A stretch of 64,000 nt of DNA from a virus (Duplodnaviria > Caudoviricetes): the IMG/VR virus record IMGVR_UViG_3300012662_000011. The stretch is one strand, 5' to 3'. Of this stretch, positions 1 to 10,500 are shown piece after piece. The notes below the pieces were generated by a model that ran no database searches, had not been told where the DNA came from, and saw only the letters and a list, made by a program, of their open reading frames with translations. The translations under genes were made by a program, and so were the position numbers. The first letter of the stretch is position 1. The number at the start of each line of letters is the position of its first letter.

Positions 1-129
1 GCCAAGAGGGCTATTCCGCCCCCGAAAAGCACGGCGATGAGAAAATACACCGCCATGCCCAGTATGTTTCGTTTCGTTGCCTTATTCATGATTTCACCAA
101 ATTAATTCCTAATTCCTCTTTCCTAATTC

Positions 130-585
130 CTAAATTAACAAAATGATGTAGGGTATAGCAAGCCCGAAGACCTCTGCATCTATCCACCGCCCCTTGTCGT
201 CTATCGGGTAGATGAGAGCGTAGATGAGAGCGAGCATTACAGGAACACCCGGCATCGTAACCAGTCCCCATAATACGCAGAATACCGCAGCGAGCATTGC
301 CGCCCACTTGTGAACCTTGCTGTCCTCGCCCTTGTAGTGAGGTGCAGCAGCGACAAAGAGCAGTGCCGCAGGAGCGAGGAAACCGAGGAACTGAAAATTT
401 TCGGGGCTCCGCTCTATCATCGGAGGCATAAGGAGAGCTGCCGACAAGCCGATGCTAAGGCTGAACTGCCATGCACCGCCCTTGTAGGCATATTCCGAGA
501 TTACCTCCTGTCTGCCGTACTTCTTAGCCATTGCAAGCAGATAGCCCGTCATGATGCAGAGGGATGCTAATGTCATCATCTCCAT
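130..585 (-). CDS. Predicted multi-pass membrane protein of unknown function
   Basis: 151 aa with several hydrophobic segments; continues the minus-strand tail operon. Confidence 0.7.
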   Translation of the reverse strand: MEMMTLASLCIMTGYLLAMAKKYGRQEVISEYAYKGGAWQFSLSIGLSAALLMPPMIERSPENFQFLGFLAPAALLFVAAAPHYKGEDSKVHKWAAMLAAVFCVLWGLVTMPGVPVMLALIYALIYPIDDKGRWIDAEVFGLAIPYIILLI

Positions 586-589
586 ATCG

Positions 590-1111
590 CTATACCTCCA
601 TCTTTAGCTGTGCTGGATAGCCTGCCGTAACGTCATAGGCGAGCACTTTGTCTACGTCTGTCATATCGCTGACTTCCGCCTTATGGCTTGCCGTAACGTT
701 AAAGCATTGAAGAGCGTACATTTCGAGGGCGGACAATAGCTGAATAGCCTTGTCGCAGTCTACCTCTAACTTCATCTCCCCGAGCCACAGGGTCGTGGTT
801 TTGTTCCCTGCCGCCTTAGCGATTGTCGTGGAGTTCATCAGTCCGACACGTGTTGCCTTGTCGAGCCATACGACTGCGCCGTTGAGGGAGAAGCCGTTAA
901 CCTTGTCGCTTGTGTCATACTGCTCAATCTCTGCTATCTTCTGTTGTTTAGCTTGCGCCAACTTCTCCTCTGCCGTGGGCACAGGTTCAACGTACTCTTC
1001 ATAGCCTGCTGCAAGCAGTTGCTCTTCCGTCGGGTTACACACTACGCATCCGTTTAGTGTTATGGTGTCGGATGCAAAGACACCGTTCTTAATCCATTGT
1101 TTGTTTGTCAT
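590..1111 (-). CDS. DUF4376-like tail-fibre-associated protein
   Basis: KLAQAKQQKIAEIEQYDTS...WLDKATRVGL...LEMYALQCFNVT pattern typical of Bacteroidetes phage proteins downstream of tail fibres. Confidence 0.6.
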   Translation of the reverse strand: MTNKQWIKNGVFASDTITLNGCVVCNPTEEQLLAAGYEEYVEPVPTAEEKLAQAKQQKIAEIEQYDTSDKVNGFSLNGAVVWLDKATRVGLMNSTTIAKAAGNKTTTLWLGEMKLEVDCDKAIQLLSALEMYALQCFNVTASHKAEVSDMTDVDKVLAYDVTAGYPAQLKMEV

Positions 1112-1114
1112 AAT

Positions 1115-1705
1115 TCATTGTTGTTTTACCATTCCTGTAAAATCGAAGAACTTCCCCGAAACTCTATCGAGTAGTCCGGTCTTTCCGTCTTCTAACCTTT
1201 TGACAGGCTGTAAATCCAGCTTTTGCCCATTACCATCGTCTATTATTAGGTGGTACAATTTAACCTCTGTCATTCTACTCCAATTATTATCTAAGTATTT
1301 ATTAATACCAATTACGAGGTCGTATTCCAAGCCGTAATCAATCCCCAGTTGCGCAAATCGACCATCATGTATAGTATTCGTACTTCGCGAAAGGCTCGTA
1401 ATATATACGTCCCAAACCGCACCATTTGATTTGGCTATTTCGATAGCCGATGTGCCCTTATTAGTATATGTTATGGCACCCGCAGGGTTCTTTCCTAATC
1501 CAAAGTATTTAGAATAAGAATCTGCCATAGTTTGGAGAAACGAACAATAATATGATGATTGTGGGGCTGAGACTTTAAACTTTATACTCATGTCTGGAGT
1601 TGTCTTTATTCCGAGTGGGACAGTTTTGCGATAGAAATCAATAAACTCCAAATATTCCAATCGTTTATACCGATTCAGTCTTAGTCTTCTCCTCATTCCT
1701 CTCAT
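1115..1705 (-). CDS. Putative receptor-binding/tail-fibre tip module B
   Basis: Arg-rich N-terminus, YKRLEYL, C-terminal LQPVKRLEDGKTGLLDRVSGKFF; paralogous to 1757-2323. Confidence 0.6.
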   Translation of the reverse strand: MRGMRRRLRLNRYKRLEYLEFIDFYRKTVPLGIKTTPDMSIKFKVSAPQSSYYCSFLQTMADSYSKYFGLGKNPAGAITYTNKGTSAIEIAKSNGAVWDVYITSLSRSTNTIHDGRFAQLGIDYGLEYDLVIGINKYLDNNWSRMTEVKLYHLIIDDGNGQKLDLQPVKRLEDGKTGLLDRVSGKFFDFTGMVKQQ

Positions 1706-1756
1706 GCCGCCCTCCTTTCTGCCATTGCTGATGTAAAGAGCGGCAGGAGTGATATT

Positions 1757-2323
1757 CTACGGCTTACCCCCCCCCGAGAACTTTGCTCCGTTCGGTGAGG
1801 TGTAGAACTTGCCGCCTACCTTGTCGTACATACCTATCATGCCATCAGATTTGCGCTTGACGGGGATTAGCTTCATTATGTATTTGCCGTTCTCCTTGAT
1901 GTTGAAATAATAGACGTTACCATAAGAATTGTAACTGTCAACGAAGACGGTTATCGGGGCATCACCTCCGATATTCATTATGCTCTCGATTTTCTTGCCT
2001 GTGTACACATCTTCAATCTGTCCGCTCCGAACTATAATGCTGTATATTCCATCTTGCAACGTAACGGGATTAGTGCCTAAGTTAATAAATCTATTATTGA
2101 TTTGGAACTGCCAATATATATCTTTCTGTGGGTAAAACTTAAAGGATTTAGATGTGCCGATAAGCTGAATGTAATCAAGGAGATAGTCCGACTTTACCTC
2201 AATTTCCTTCGATGCAGTCATATCTATCCCTAAGTTTATATACGCATTATTGCCTTTGGTTTTACTGATATACCTTAGCTTCTCATACAAGCTAAGCGAA
2301 TCTCTTCTTCTGTCCGTCCTCAT
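1757..2323 (-). CDS. Putative receptor-binding/tail-fibre tip module A, ending in a G9 tract
   Basis: Arg-rich N-terminus, YEKLRYI, C-terminal LIPVKRKSDGMIGMYDKVGGKFY; directly follows the tail fibre gene. Confidence 0.6.
   Translation of the reverse strand: MRTDRRRDSLSLYEKLRYISKTKGNNAYINLGIDMTASKEIEVKSDYLLDYIQLIGTSKSFKFYPQKDIYWQFQINNRFINLGTNPVTLQDGIYSIIVRSGQIEDVYTGKKIESIMNIGGDAPITVFVDSYNSYGNVYYFNIKENGKYIMKLIPVKRKSDGMIGMYDKVGGKFYTSPNGAKFSGGGKP
1767..1775 (-). repeat. G9 homopolymer at the 3' end of module A
   Basis: C9 on + strand; TCG GGG GGG GGT AAG CCG TAG on -. Confidence 0.9.
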
Positions 2324-2326
2324 ACG

Positions 2327-3673
2327 CTATTCCTCCGTCGTTATATCCCACGTCTGTATAAGTCCGTAGTACTTGCCGCCTGTGTATCTGATATTAAACT
2401 CTATATGCTGATTAGCGTCCACGCTCGGTGTTTCAGCCCACAACACATCAGCAGGGAACGTTACACTTGGAGCCGTTGAGCCAGTATCAAAACTACCTTG
2501 ATACTCGTTGCAGACGCTTGTGTCTGTCGGAGCGTTCAGTGTCAGTGTCAGCGTTTCGCCCACGGAAATGACATATACCTTATTGGCATCAAGAGCAACC
2601 GCATCACCGCTTGCCGCCACTTCCACGACAGGGAGTTTGACAATATCCATGTACTTGTTGACTTCGGTAGACGAAGTATCAGCCTTACTTGCAGCCGTGT
2701 TTGCGGCATCAGCAGCCGTGTTTGCCTTACTTGCAGCAGAAGTAGCGGCTTTCTCGCTTGCAGATATATCAAGTTTCTTTGTCGTGCCTTCACGGCTTGT
2801 AATGGTCAATATCTTATCATCGCCCAAAACGGCATCCACCTTCTCCGCTTCCTCGGTAGCTGTGTTGCAGTTCTTGATAGCCGTGTCCACTTCCCCGACC
2901 TTGGCGGTGAAGCTCTGCTCTCTTGTCTGTTCAGCGGAAACACGTGAGTTCTCGGCTGCAACTCGGGCATTTTCAGCCGTAACTCGCCCAATTTCTGCGG
3001 TAGAACGGGCTTCTTCTGATGCGGAACGTTGGTTCTCGGCATCCGCACGAGCCTGTTCGGCTTCGGCTCTTGCCGTTTCCGCTTCTTTCCTGTCCGTTTC
3101 GTTAGATTGACGTGATAGCTCATCGGTGTTGCGCTTGGCTTCGGCGGCAGTGCGCTGACTCTCGGCTTCTATTCTTGACTGCTCGGCAACGGCTCTTGAC
3201 TGCTCGGCAGAAACACGGCTGCTCTCAGCTTCAACACGTGAGGATTCCGCTTTGACACGTGCATCTTCAACAGGAACAATAGCCTCGCATACCTCTGTGG
3301 CTTTCTTAGCCTTGGCGGTAGCGTCATTGGCATTGGTAACGGCAGCGTTAACCGTGTCGGTAGCGGCAACGGCTTTAGATGTAGCGGAATTAGCCTTTTC
3401 CGTAGCGGCATCAGCCTTCTCGGCGGCAGTATTTGCCCTCTCCGTTGCCTTGACAGCGTCGTTAGCACCGCTGTAAGCCGCCTGTCCGTCAACGAGCACT
3501 CCCCACCATTCCGTTTCTCCGTTCGGCTCATGGTTAAGGTTGTCCTCCTGTTTGCTCCAGTAGGTAGTGTTCTTGTAGGTTACCACGTGCATCCTGCCGT
3601 AGGTAACTTCGGGGGAATATGCGCCCTTGGGAGCAAATCCCACACGTCCCAAATTGATTGTTTTCTTTTCCAT
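2327..3673 (-). CDS. Tail fibre-like coiled-coil protein with C-terminal adaptor domain
   Basis: Ala-rich and AE..R heptad repeats; beta-rich C-terminal domain; position in tail module. Confidence 0.7.
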   Translation of the reverse strand: MEKKTINLGRVGFAPKGAYSPEVTYGRMHVVTYKNTTYWSKQEDNLNHEPNGETEWWGVLVDGQAAYSGANDAVKATERANTAAEKADAATEKANSATSKAVAATDTVNAAVTNANDATAKAKKATEVCEAIVPVEDARVKAESSRVEAESSRVSAEQSRAVAEQSRIEAESQRTAAEAKRNTDELSRQSNETDRKEAETARAEAEQARADAENQRSASEEARSTAEIGRVTAENARVAAENSRVSAEQTREQSFTAKVGEVDTAIKNCNTATEEAEKVDAVLGDDKILTITSREGTTKKLDISASEKAATSAASKANTAADAANTAASKADTSSTEVNKYMDIVKLPVVEVAASGDAVALDANKVYVISVGETLTLTLNAPTDTSVCNEYQGSFDTGSTAPSVTFPADVLWAETPSVDANQHIEFNIRYTGGKYYGLIQTWDITTEE

Positions 3674-3691
3674 ATACGTATATAAGTTTAA

Positions 3692-4495
3692 TTAAACATT
3701 CATTGTCAGTTCCCCATCGTCAGATAGGGCAAATCTGTTCTCATCACCGCCCTGAATACTCACTTGCAGTGTCATATCGGCTTCGTCAACATCAAAGGTA
3801 GGATAATCCACCGTTCCCTTGCTGTAATATTCAGTCCTCACATACTCGTCTGTGGTTTCGTCCCACTTCATCCAGTAGCCATCCTCGCCAATAATATTCG
3901 GGTGGTCGGCTTGATTCTTGGCTCGTTCGGTCTGATGCTTGCACTCCTCGTTCTGTTCCTCCCTTGCAAGCTCGGCTTTCTTTCTTGCTTCCTCGGCTTC
4001 GGCACGCTGTTTTTCCGCCTCGGAAACGGAATCCACAAAGTCGGATGCAGGCTTCCGTAGCCATGCGTAGTAGTCTTCGAGCGTTCCCTTGTTACCGTCG
4101 AGCAGCCAAAGGTCGTAGGCACTCATGCCGGGGATGCCGACAAGGACGTTGCTCTCTAAGCTAACCATAAAATCCTCGAAGTCCACATCATCGTCTGTCT
4201 CCTCGCAGGAATGGGCGACAAGCGTAAAGGCTTGGTCGGCACAGATGGTTTTCTCGGGAGAGCCTGTTGTGGCATCGTTGAGGATTACGGCACGAGAGCC
4301 AGTGCTCTTCTGCATGGATGCAGGGTAGAGGAATGTTATCACGCATCCCGATATTGTGAAGTTCGTTATCTCTTGTTTCTGGTAGGCGGAACGGACGTAT
4401 AGCTTCAGCGTTCTGCCTTCAAGACTTACGGCTTCGCCGTTTGTCTTTACTTCCCACGACACTTGAATGTCGTTGCCGATTCTGATTTTTCGCAT
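3692..4495 (-). CDS. Baseplate/tail-fibre attachment protein (start re-called at 4495, MRKIRIGNDI)
   Basis: GMSAYDLWL...GTLEDY motif common in phage tail proteins; the ORF-track N-terminal extension runs through an intergenic repeat. Confidence 0.6.
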   Translation of the reverse strand: MRKIRIGNDIQVSWEVKTNGEAVSLEGRTLKLYVRSAYQKQEITNFTISGCVITFLYPASMQKSTGSRAVILNDATTGSPEKTICADQAFTLVAHSCEETDDDVDFEDFMVSLESNVLVGIPGMSAYDLWLLDGNKGTLEDYYAWLRKPASDFVDSVSEAEKQRAEAEEARKKAELAREEQNEECKHQTERAKNQADHPNIIGEDGYWMKWDETTDEYVRTEYYSKGTVDYPTFDVDEADMTLQVSIQGGDENRFALSDDGELTMNV

Positions 4496-4514
4496 GTTTG
4501 TTGATGTTTTAATT

Positions 4515-4571
4515 GTTTTGTAGGTTTTGTAAGGGGTGTAGGTGTTGTAGGTTGGGTAGGTGTTGTAAGGA
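4515..4571. repeat. Imperfect 9-nt tandem repeat (CCTACAACA-like on -), intergenic
   Basis: gtaggtttt/gtaaggggt/gtaggtgtt/gtaggttgg/gtaggtgtt/gtaagg. Confidence 0.7.
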
Positions 4572-7500
4572 TTAACCATTGTCTTTGATATGCATAGCAT
4601 AATAGTTTGTACCATCCCATACTAAAAGTATTTCCATAATCTGTCCTTTGTTGACTGTTATACTACTAACCTGTGAGCCGCTCTTGTTGTAGAGTATAGG
4701 TTCCTCTGTTGAAGCCCATGTGCCACTCGATTGTCTACCGCTAATTTTTACCGAATTGGAAGATGTAGGACTGCATATAACCATAATGCGCAAACTCCAC
4801 GCTCCTGAATTGCCAAGGAATGTAGCCACGCCTCCTCTTGCCGGAAGATAGACGTTGACAACTCCGAGGGGGCAGTCAAAAAGCCATCTGTTGCCATAAA
4901 ACTGCAAATCTACAGTACCGATTTCCAACTTTGACGATGAGATGAGAGCGAAACTTGTACCCTCAATCATTCCTCTTAGTATGCCGTGCCCTGTACCCAT
5001 GAAAGCGTAATTTTGTCCTTGCGGATTGCCGCTTGCTTCAAGCCATGCAGCTACATTATAACTACCCCACGGAGTATCATTCTTGCTATATTTTACTTTC
5101 AGCTCAGCCCCCATCAGGTAATTATTATCAAAGATAACTCCTATTTTACTGCTTAGACTCCCATCTGCACCCTGTATTGTAATATTGCTTGCTGCACCTT
5201 TTGACGAGCCCAGCCAACCTTGTGGAATGTCGTAGGTAAGTCCTTGACTACCCACAGAGAAACCTCCGAGGATAGTACCATCCGACTGCTTTTCACCGCA
5301 AAACTTACCATTGCTTATCCATGAATTTTCAGTAACCTGTATATTTTTATAAGTTCCGCTTTCAGCCGTAATGTTAGTGAACGTACCGCCCTCCGCAGTC
5401 ATGTCTGTTGATTTGATATTCTTGAACGTACCACCATTACAAACTATATCATTCGTTTCAAACACTCCGTCAGCATTTACCTTTGCGGTGGTTGTGCCTT
5501 GATTGTTTCTTACCTCAAACGTGTCAGCCGTGGCAGTAATCTTCCTGCTCCGAATATCAATCCCAGTTGCAAGCAGTTCATCAACGCTCACGCCATCCTC
5601 CGTGTAGTCGGTCATACGTCCGCCCTGTTCCAACTTCACACCGCCAATCCATACCTCACTGCCAGCGGCAAGGCGACAGGGGAGGATGCAGCGCACTGTA
5701 CCCTGTTCACGGGTGGAGAAACCGCTCTTTTGCGATGAGGGGGTGAGCATCGGCTTTGTGATGAAGAAGTAACTGCCGTAGGTGCGGAAGTAGATGCGTG
5801 CCGAAGACAACGCAGAACTTGCTTTAAAGGTGATAGAGTGCTCCGTGTAAGCAGTAGCGGATGCGTCAACCTCAACATAAAGGACACCGCTATCAGACTT
5901 CACGGACTGGTCCACTCCGTCCACACATACCGTCATTCCACTGTTGTCTATCGTGTCGAGGGATATTCCCGAAAGATAGATGCGCATGACAGAAGGGCTT
6001 TTCGACTTGAAGGTAACAGTCCACCACGAAGCCCACAGGGACGCTCCCACGGCTTGTGAAATCTCGCAGTAGCTTGCGCCCGAAGACTTGGAGATATATT
6101 GTCCGCCCCATCCGTCAGCAGCAGAAGCGATATGTCGAGTACTCCCTGTAACGTCCCAGTTTGAAGTGTAGCCCGATGCAGCATTGAAACCGGCATTATA
6201 GAAGTAGTTGCCGAAGAGCTGTTTGATGCAGTAGGCTATGCGGATGCGTTGCCAATCAGACGTGAGGGTATGAGGAAGGTAGCCGTCCTCGCCTGTTCCC
6301 ACCTGTCCGAAGTTGTCCGCCACACGCTCGCATGCTTCAGGATAGAGAAAGCTCTTGAAAGTTCCGCTACCCTTTACCCAGAACGACAAAGTATATACCT
6401 CGCCGCTGTCGGGAGCAAAGATGTTGTTCATATAGAGTACGTCAACCTCGGATGAAGAAGTGTTCTTGTAGTGCAGGGCTTGCAGCTTGCGGAAGCCAGT
6501 GTCGAGCGCACCCTCCTGAATATCGCCTACCCTCGACCATTTGCTGTCGGAGAGGACAGGCAGGAAGTTGCCGCTGATGGCAGGGTCGCTCTCGTGCAAA
6601 GACCACGGGGAGCAGACGCTGCCCTCTTCGAGCTGCGCCCAATTGAGGGTAATCAGTCCGTCCTCCTGTGGCTTCGTGTCCTTGAATTTACCCGTAGGGT
6701 GGAATGGATAAGCCTGAAAGTAATACTCCCCGGTGGAGGGTGGCGTAAAGCTGCCGTTGCCCTCCAGTTTGAACGTCAACGTTGCCGTAATGTCCGTAGT
6801 GCTGTCGATGTCGAGATTCACGGCGAACGTCCATCCAAAGTTGAAGATGAAGACACGCAGTACGCCGCCGCCGTTCTTCAGTGCAGCGTCGATATGTCCG
6901 TTGACGGAAAGAGAGTAGTACTTCCCTGCTTCGAGCGTGAACTTCCTCTGTCCTATTCCGTAGATGCGTGAAGTGTTGAAGAAATATGAACGAGGGATAA
7001 GGTTGCGCCCACGGACTGACTGTTGGTCTACCTTCAGGGAGATGCTGTCGGCGGTCTGCTTGATCTCGCTCACGCTTGTTTCCAAAGCTCCTATTTGTTC
7101 GCCGTTTTTGTCCACCTTGGTAGACAGGCCGGCTACCGTTCCCTTGATGCCATTCACGTCAGTCTGTAGTGTTGTAACACTGCCTTTTACCTGCGTAACA
7201 CCCTCGAGGGCATCCTGCGCATCGCTTTCCGCATCTTCGGCGGTCTTCTTTACATCCGTAATCTCTCCCTCAATCTTCTTGACTGCATTGGTAGTATAGT
7301 CGTTGAGATTGGTTATTCTGCCGTTTGTGTCAGACAAGTTGCTGTTGATGTCGGTAATGGCACCGCCGATGTCAGTACCTGTCGTTGTGGAAAAATCGCC
7401 TATGAACTTATTCCCCTTAGGACTAATCTGTGTCTTGACGCAATTAGTCAGCGAGAATGTCTTGATACCTCCATACTGGATGATGGCAGGAGCAAGGTCG

Positions 7501-10500
7501 CCCACGGTCTGAATCTCGATAGCGTTCTGACGTTCCTCATCAGAAACATTGCCCAGACAGCACACGGCATCGCCAGCCCGAGGAGCATCGCTGCCGTCTT
7601 CATATCCTGCACCGGGAATGAGATTGGAGAGAGTAATCCACCCGAACTTCTGACCGTCGTAGAGTACGTTGCCGTCGGCGTCCGTAATCTGCTCGCTCTC
7701 CGAAGACACGGCAGTAACCTTGCGCCAGTACCTTCTGTTGCCCACGTTCTCATACACACCCTCCTTGATGCCGAACGACTGCGAGTAGGCGAGGTCGCCC
7801 ACCTTCCACATGTTCTCCGTTGCCGTAGTGCCGTTGTCGGCAAGGAAATAGCACTTGTAGCCAGTGATTATCGAAGACACTCCCTGAGCCGTTTCATTTT
7901 TCACCTCCTCGACGTGCATCAGCGTACTGCCGGCAGGCGAGAAGATGAAGTTGCCGCCCACGTAGGAGAGCTTTCTAATCTCCAGCTCATGGAACACCGC
8001 CTTTCCCCACACTTCAAGGTCAGTCAGCGAGAGCTTGAACTTTCCGTCCTCGCGCCGCTTCATGCCGTAGCCCGACTGAGCGGCATAGTCGTAGTCGGAG
8101 GAAGCTATCTCCCTAAATACCACATCACCATCCTCGGATATGTAATATCCCTTGCCCTGTATGACTCTCAGAAAAGCATCGCCAAGCTCCGAAATGGAGT
8201 AGTTTGTGCCGAGGGAGATGCCTTTCAGGAAGGAAATTAATCCGTATGCAGTATCATCTGTGCGCTTTGATAAGTATAGTTTATCTGCAATATTCGCATT
8301 GAAAGAATTTTCACTACCTGAAACTAAAGATGTTAAGCTTCGTACCGTCTCGCCTTTAACGGAGTCTATTATCTGTTTTATGTCGGATGCTGCAACTTCA
8401 AGAGAGTTGGTTAATTCTACCTCAATAGATGCTAAAGCATTACTTTCAACCTTTACCGTGTAGTTGCTCACAAATACCTCCTTTGGTTCGGTATTGCCGT
8501 TATATCTTATTGCAAGTTTAGAGTTCTCATTAAGCTTGCTTGCAAAATCCGGATTCTCCGCAAGATAGACACGGGAGAATTTTATGGAGTAATTAAATTG
8601 ATCCTCATTATTCTCACTCATGTATTTTATAAGAGCATCATCGAGTCGCTTTTCAGCCGCGTAAACAAGCGAAGGTGGCATTTGTATTCCTGTAATGACA
8701 AACTTATCGCCTTTCTTTGGTTTAAATCCTGCTGCCGCATTTGGCATAACAATGCCGAGTGTGGACGTTTCTTTTTGTACAGCTATCCAAATCTCTTTCT
8801 CTTGCGTGTTTTGGTTCTTTGTGTCGGAAATCGACTCGTTGTTATCTAAAAAGATATAATCCCCCTTATATCCGTTTTCTGTATCTAATTTACCTGTAGC
8901 AACAAGATTTCCATTTCCATCTGTATTTAGAATATTGTAGCAATTATTTTTACCACTATCCCAATAAGACTCAATAGGGAATACGCAAGCCGGGCAACCC
9001 TGACAGTCAATCATGTTTATCTTTGCATTATCACTTGCTAATGCTTGCTTAAACAGATTAAAACCAAACTCACCATCAAAAATATGCAATTTGATATAGA
9101 AGTATTGATGTAAGAATGTTTCTCCATCACTTCCTTTTACATCTGAATCATTGCTATCAAAAGCTACATCTGTAATTTCCCCAAATAGCTCACCTTTGGA
9201 ATTTTTTACTCCGTTTATTGTAGGCTTTATATCATCGTAAGATACCGACCCTTGATGTGGGAAGCCTTGTTTGTATAGATTTTTAAACGTATAATAGTTA
9301 TCAGTGTCGGGGATTTTGTATGTATCGTCTTTTGCGTAGTAAAATCTTTCCGCACCATTGGATGAACGATACACCGATGGCATGAGGTTTGAAACGGGGT
9401 CGATCCATTTGCGACCCGTGATGTCTATCTTTATGGCACTCGTATCTGAACCCTCAACAAATCCTTCGCTATACGTGTAGTATGGAATTTTAAATGTTGT
9501 TAGTTCTGAATCTATCTCCCCATCGTTGTAGAATGAAAAATCGTTTATGGCTGCGGTTTTTTGAGCTTCATCTGTATTAAGGGTAATACCCGATGCTGAA
9601 TAATCAGCCACTTTATCGTTGTCTTTTACCCAATAATAATCCTCCTTATGGTTACTATAATCTAATTCTATATAGCCTCCAGCTTGAGCGTCGATAATAC
9701 CTTTTTCAAAAGGTATCGTTTTATCCGTTTCGTTATAAACGTTAATTAAATCTACAAATGTAAAAATATAGATGTCAGAAGTTAAACACTCATATCTCCC
9801 GTTAAAATAGATGTTTTTAAATTCTTCTGATTTGGTACGAAGGTGAAAATCAAGCTTTTCGGATTGACTGAAAACATTTATCCCGTCTGCCGTTATATAT
9901 GTGATATTGATTGAGGGTTCTTTTATCACTGTGCCCACCTCGCAATTTATTGCTATTTCGAACGAATAAGAAAAGGTATAAGGTTTGGTTGATGGAGCAA
10001 ATTGTGTTGGATTAAGCATAAACCTAAATGGGAATCTGTCATTGGAGATTACAGCTTTTCGACTCATCCTCTTTACTAATGTATATTTGCCTGTATAGTC
10101 TGCTCCAAACGCCTTTTGTAACTTCGCAAGGGAAATGTCTACAAGAGGGTTATCAATATTGGTTGAGTTAAATATCGCGATACCGTACTCATCGTTGTTC
10201 GGATAATAATAAGGAATGTTATCTGTCGAGCCGTACCCGGTTATCATATCTACAAGTTTGGTGTTCGCATTTTCCTTACCAATAGATAACAATTCTTTAT
10301 CTCTACCGTATTCAAGTATGTGTTCTGTCAAATCATATTGAACCTTACCTACATGGCAGACATTTCCAACCCAATAATAATCAAGCTCATATTCTGTGTT
10401 GATAAGTTGTAAAACATTTGTGAGGTATTGATTTTCAAAAGAAATTTCTTTTACTTCATCTGTACCATAACCCTCATCGACAACAAGATAGTAACCCTTT

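Noticed and set aside
1115-3673. TAG stop-codon reassignment, suggested by in-frame TAG junctions at 2327 and 1757
   Set aside because: The 2136-aa and 2180-aa genes and all core genes are uninterrupted in the standard code, and no suppressor tRNA was found
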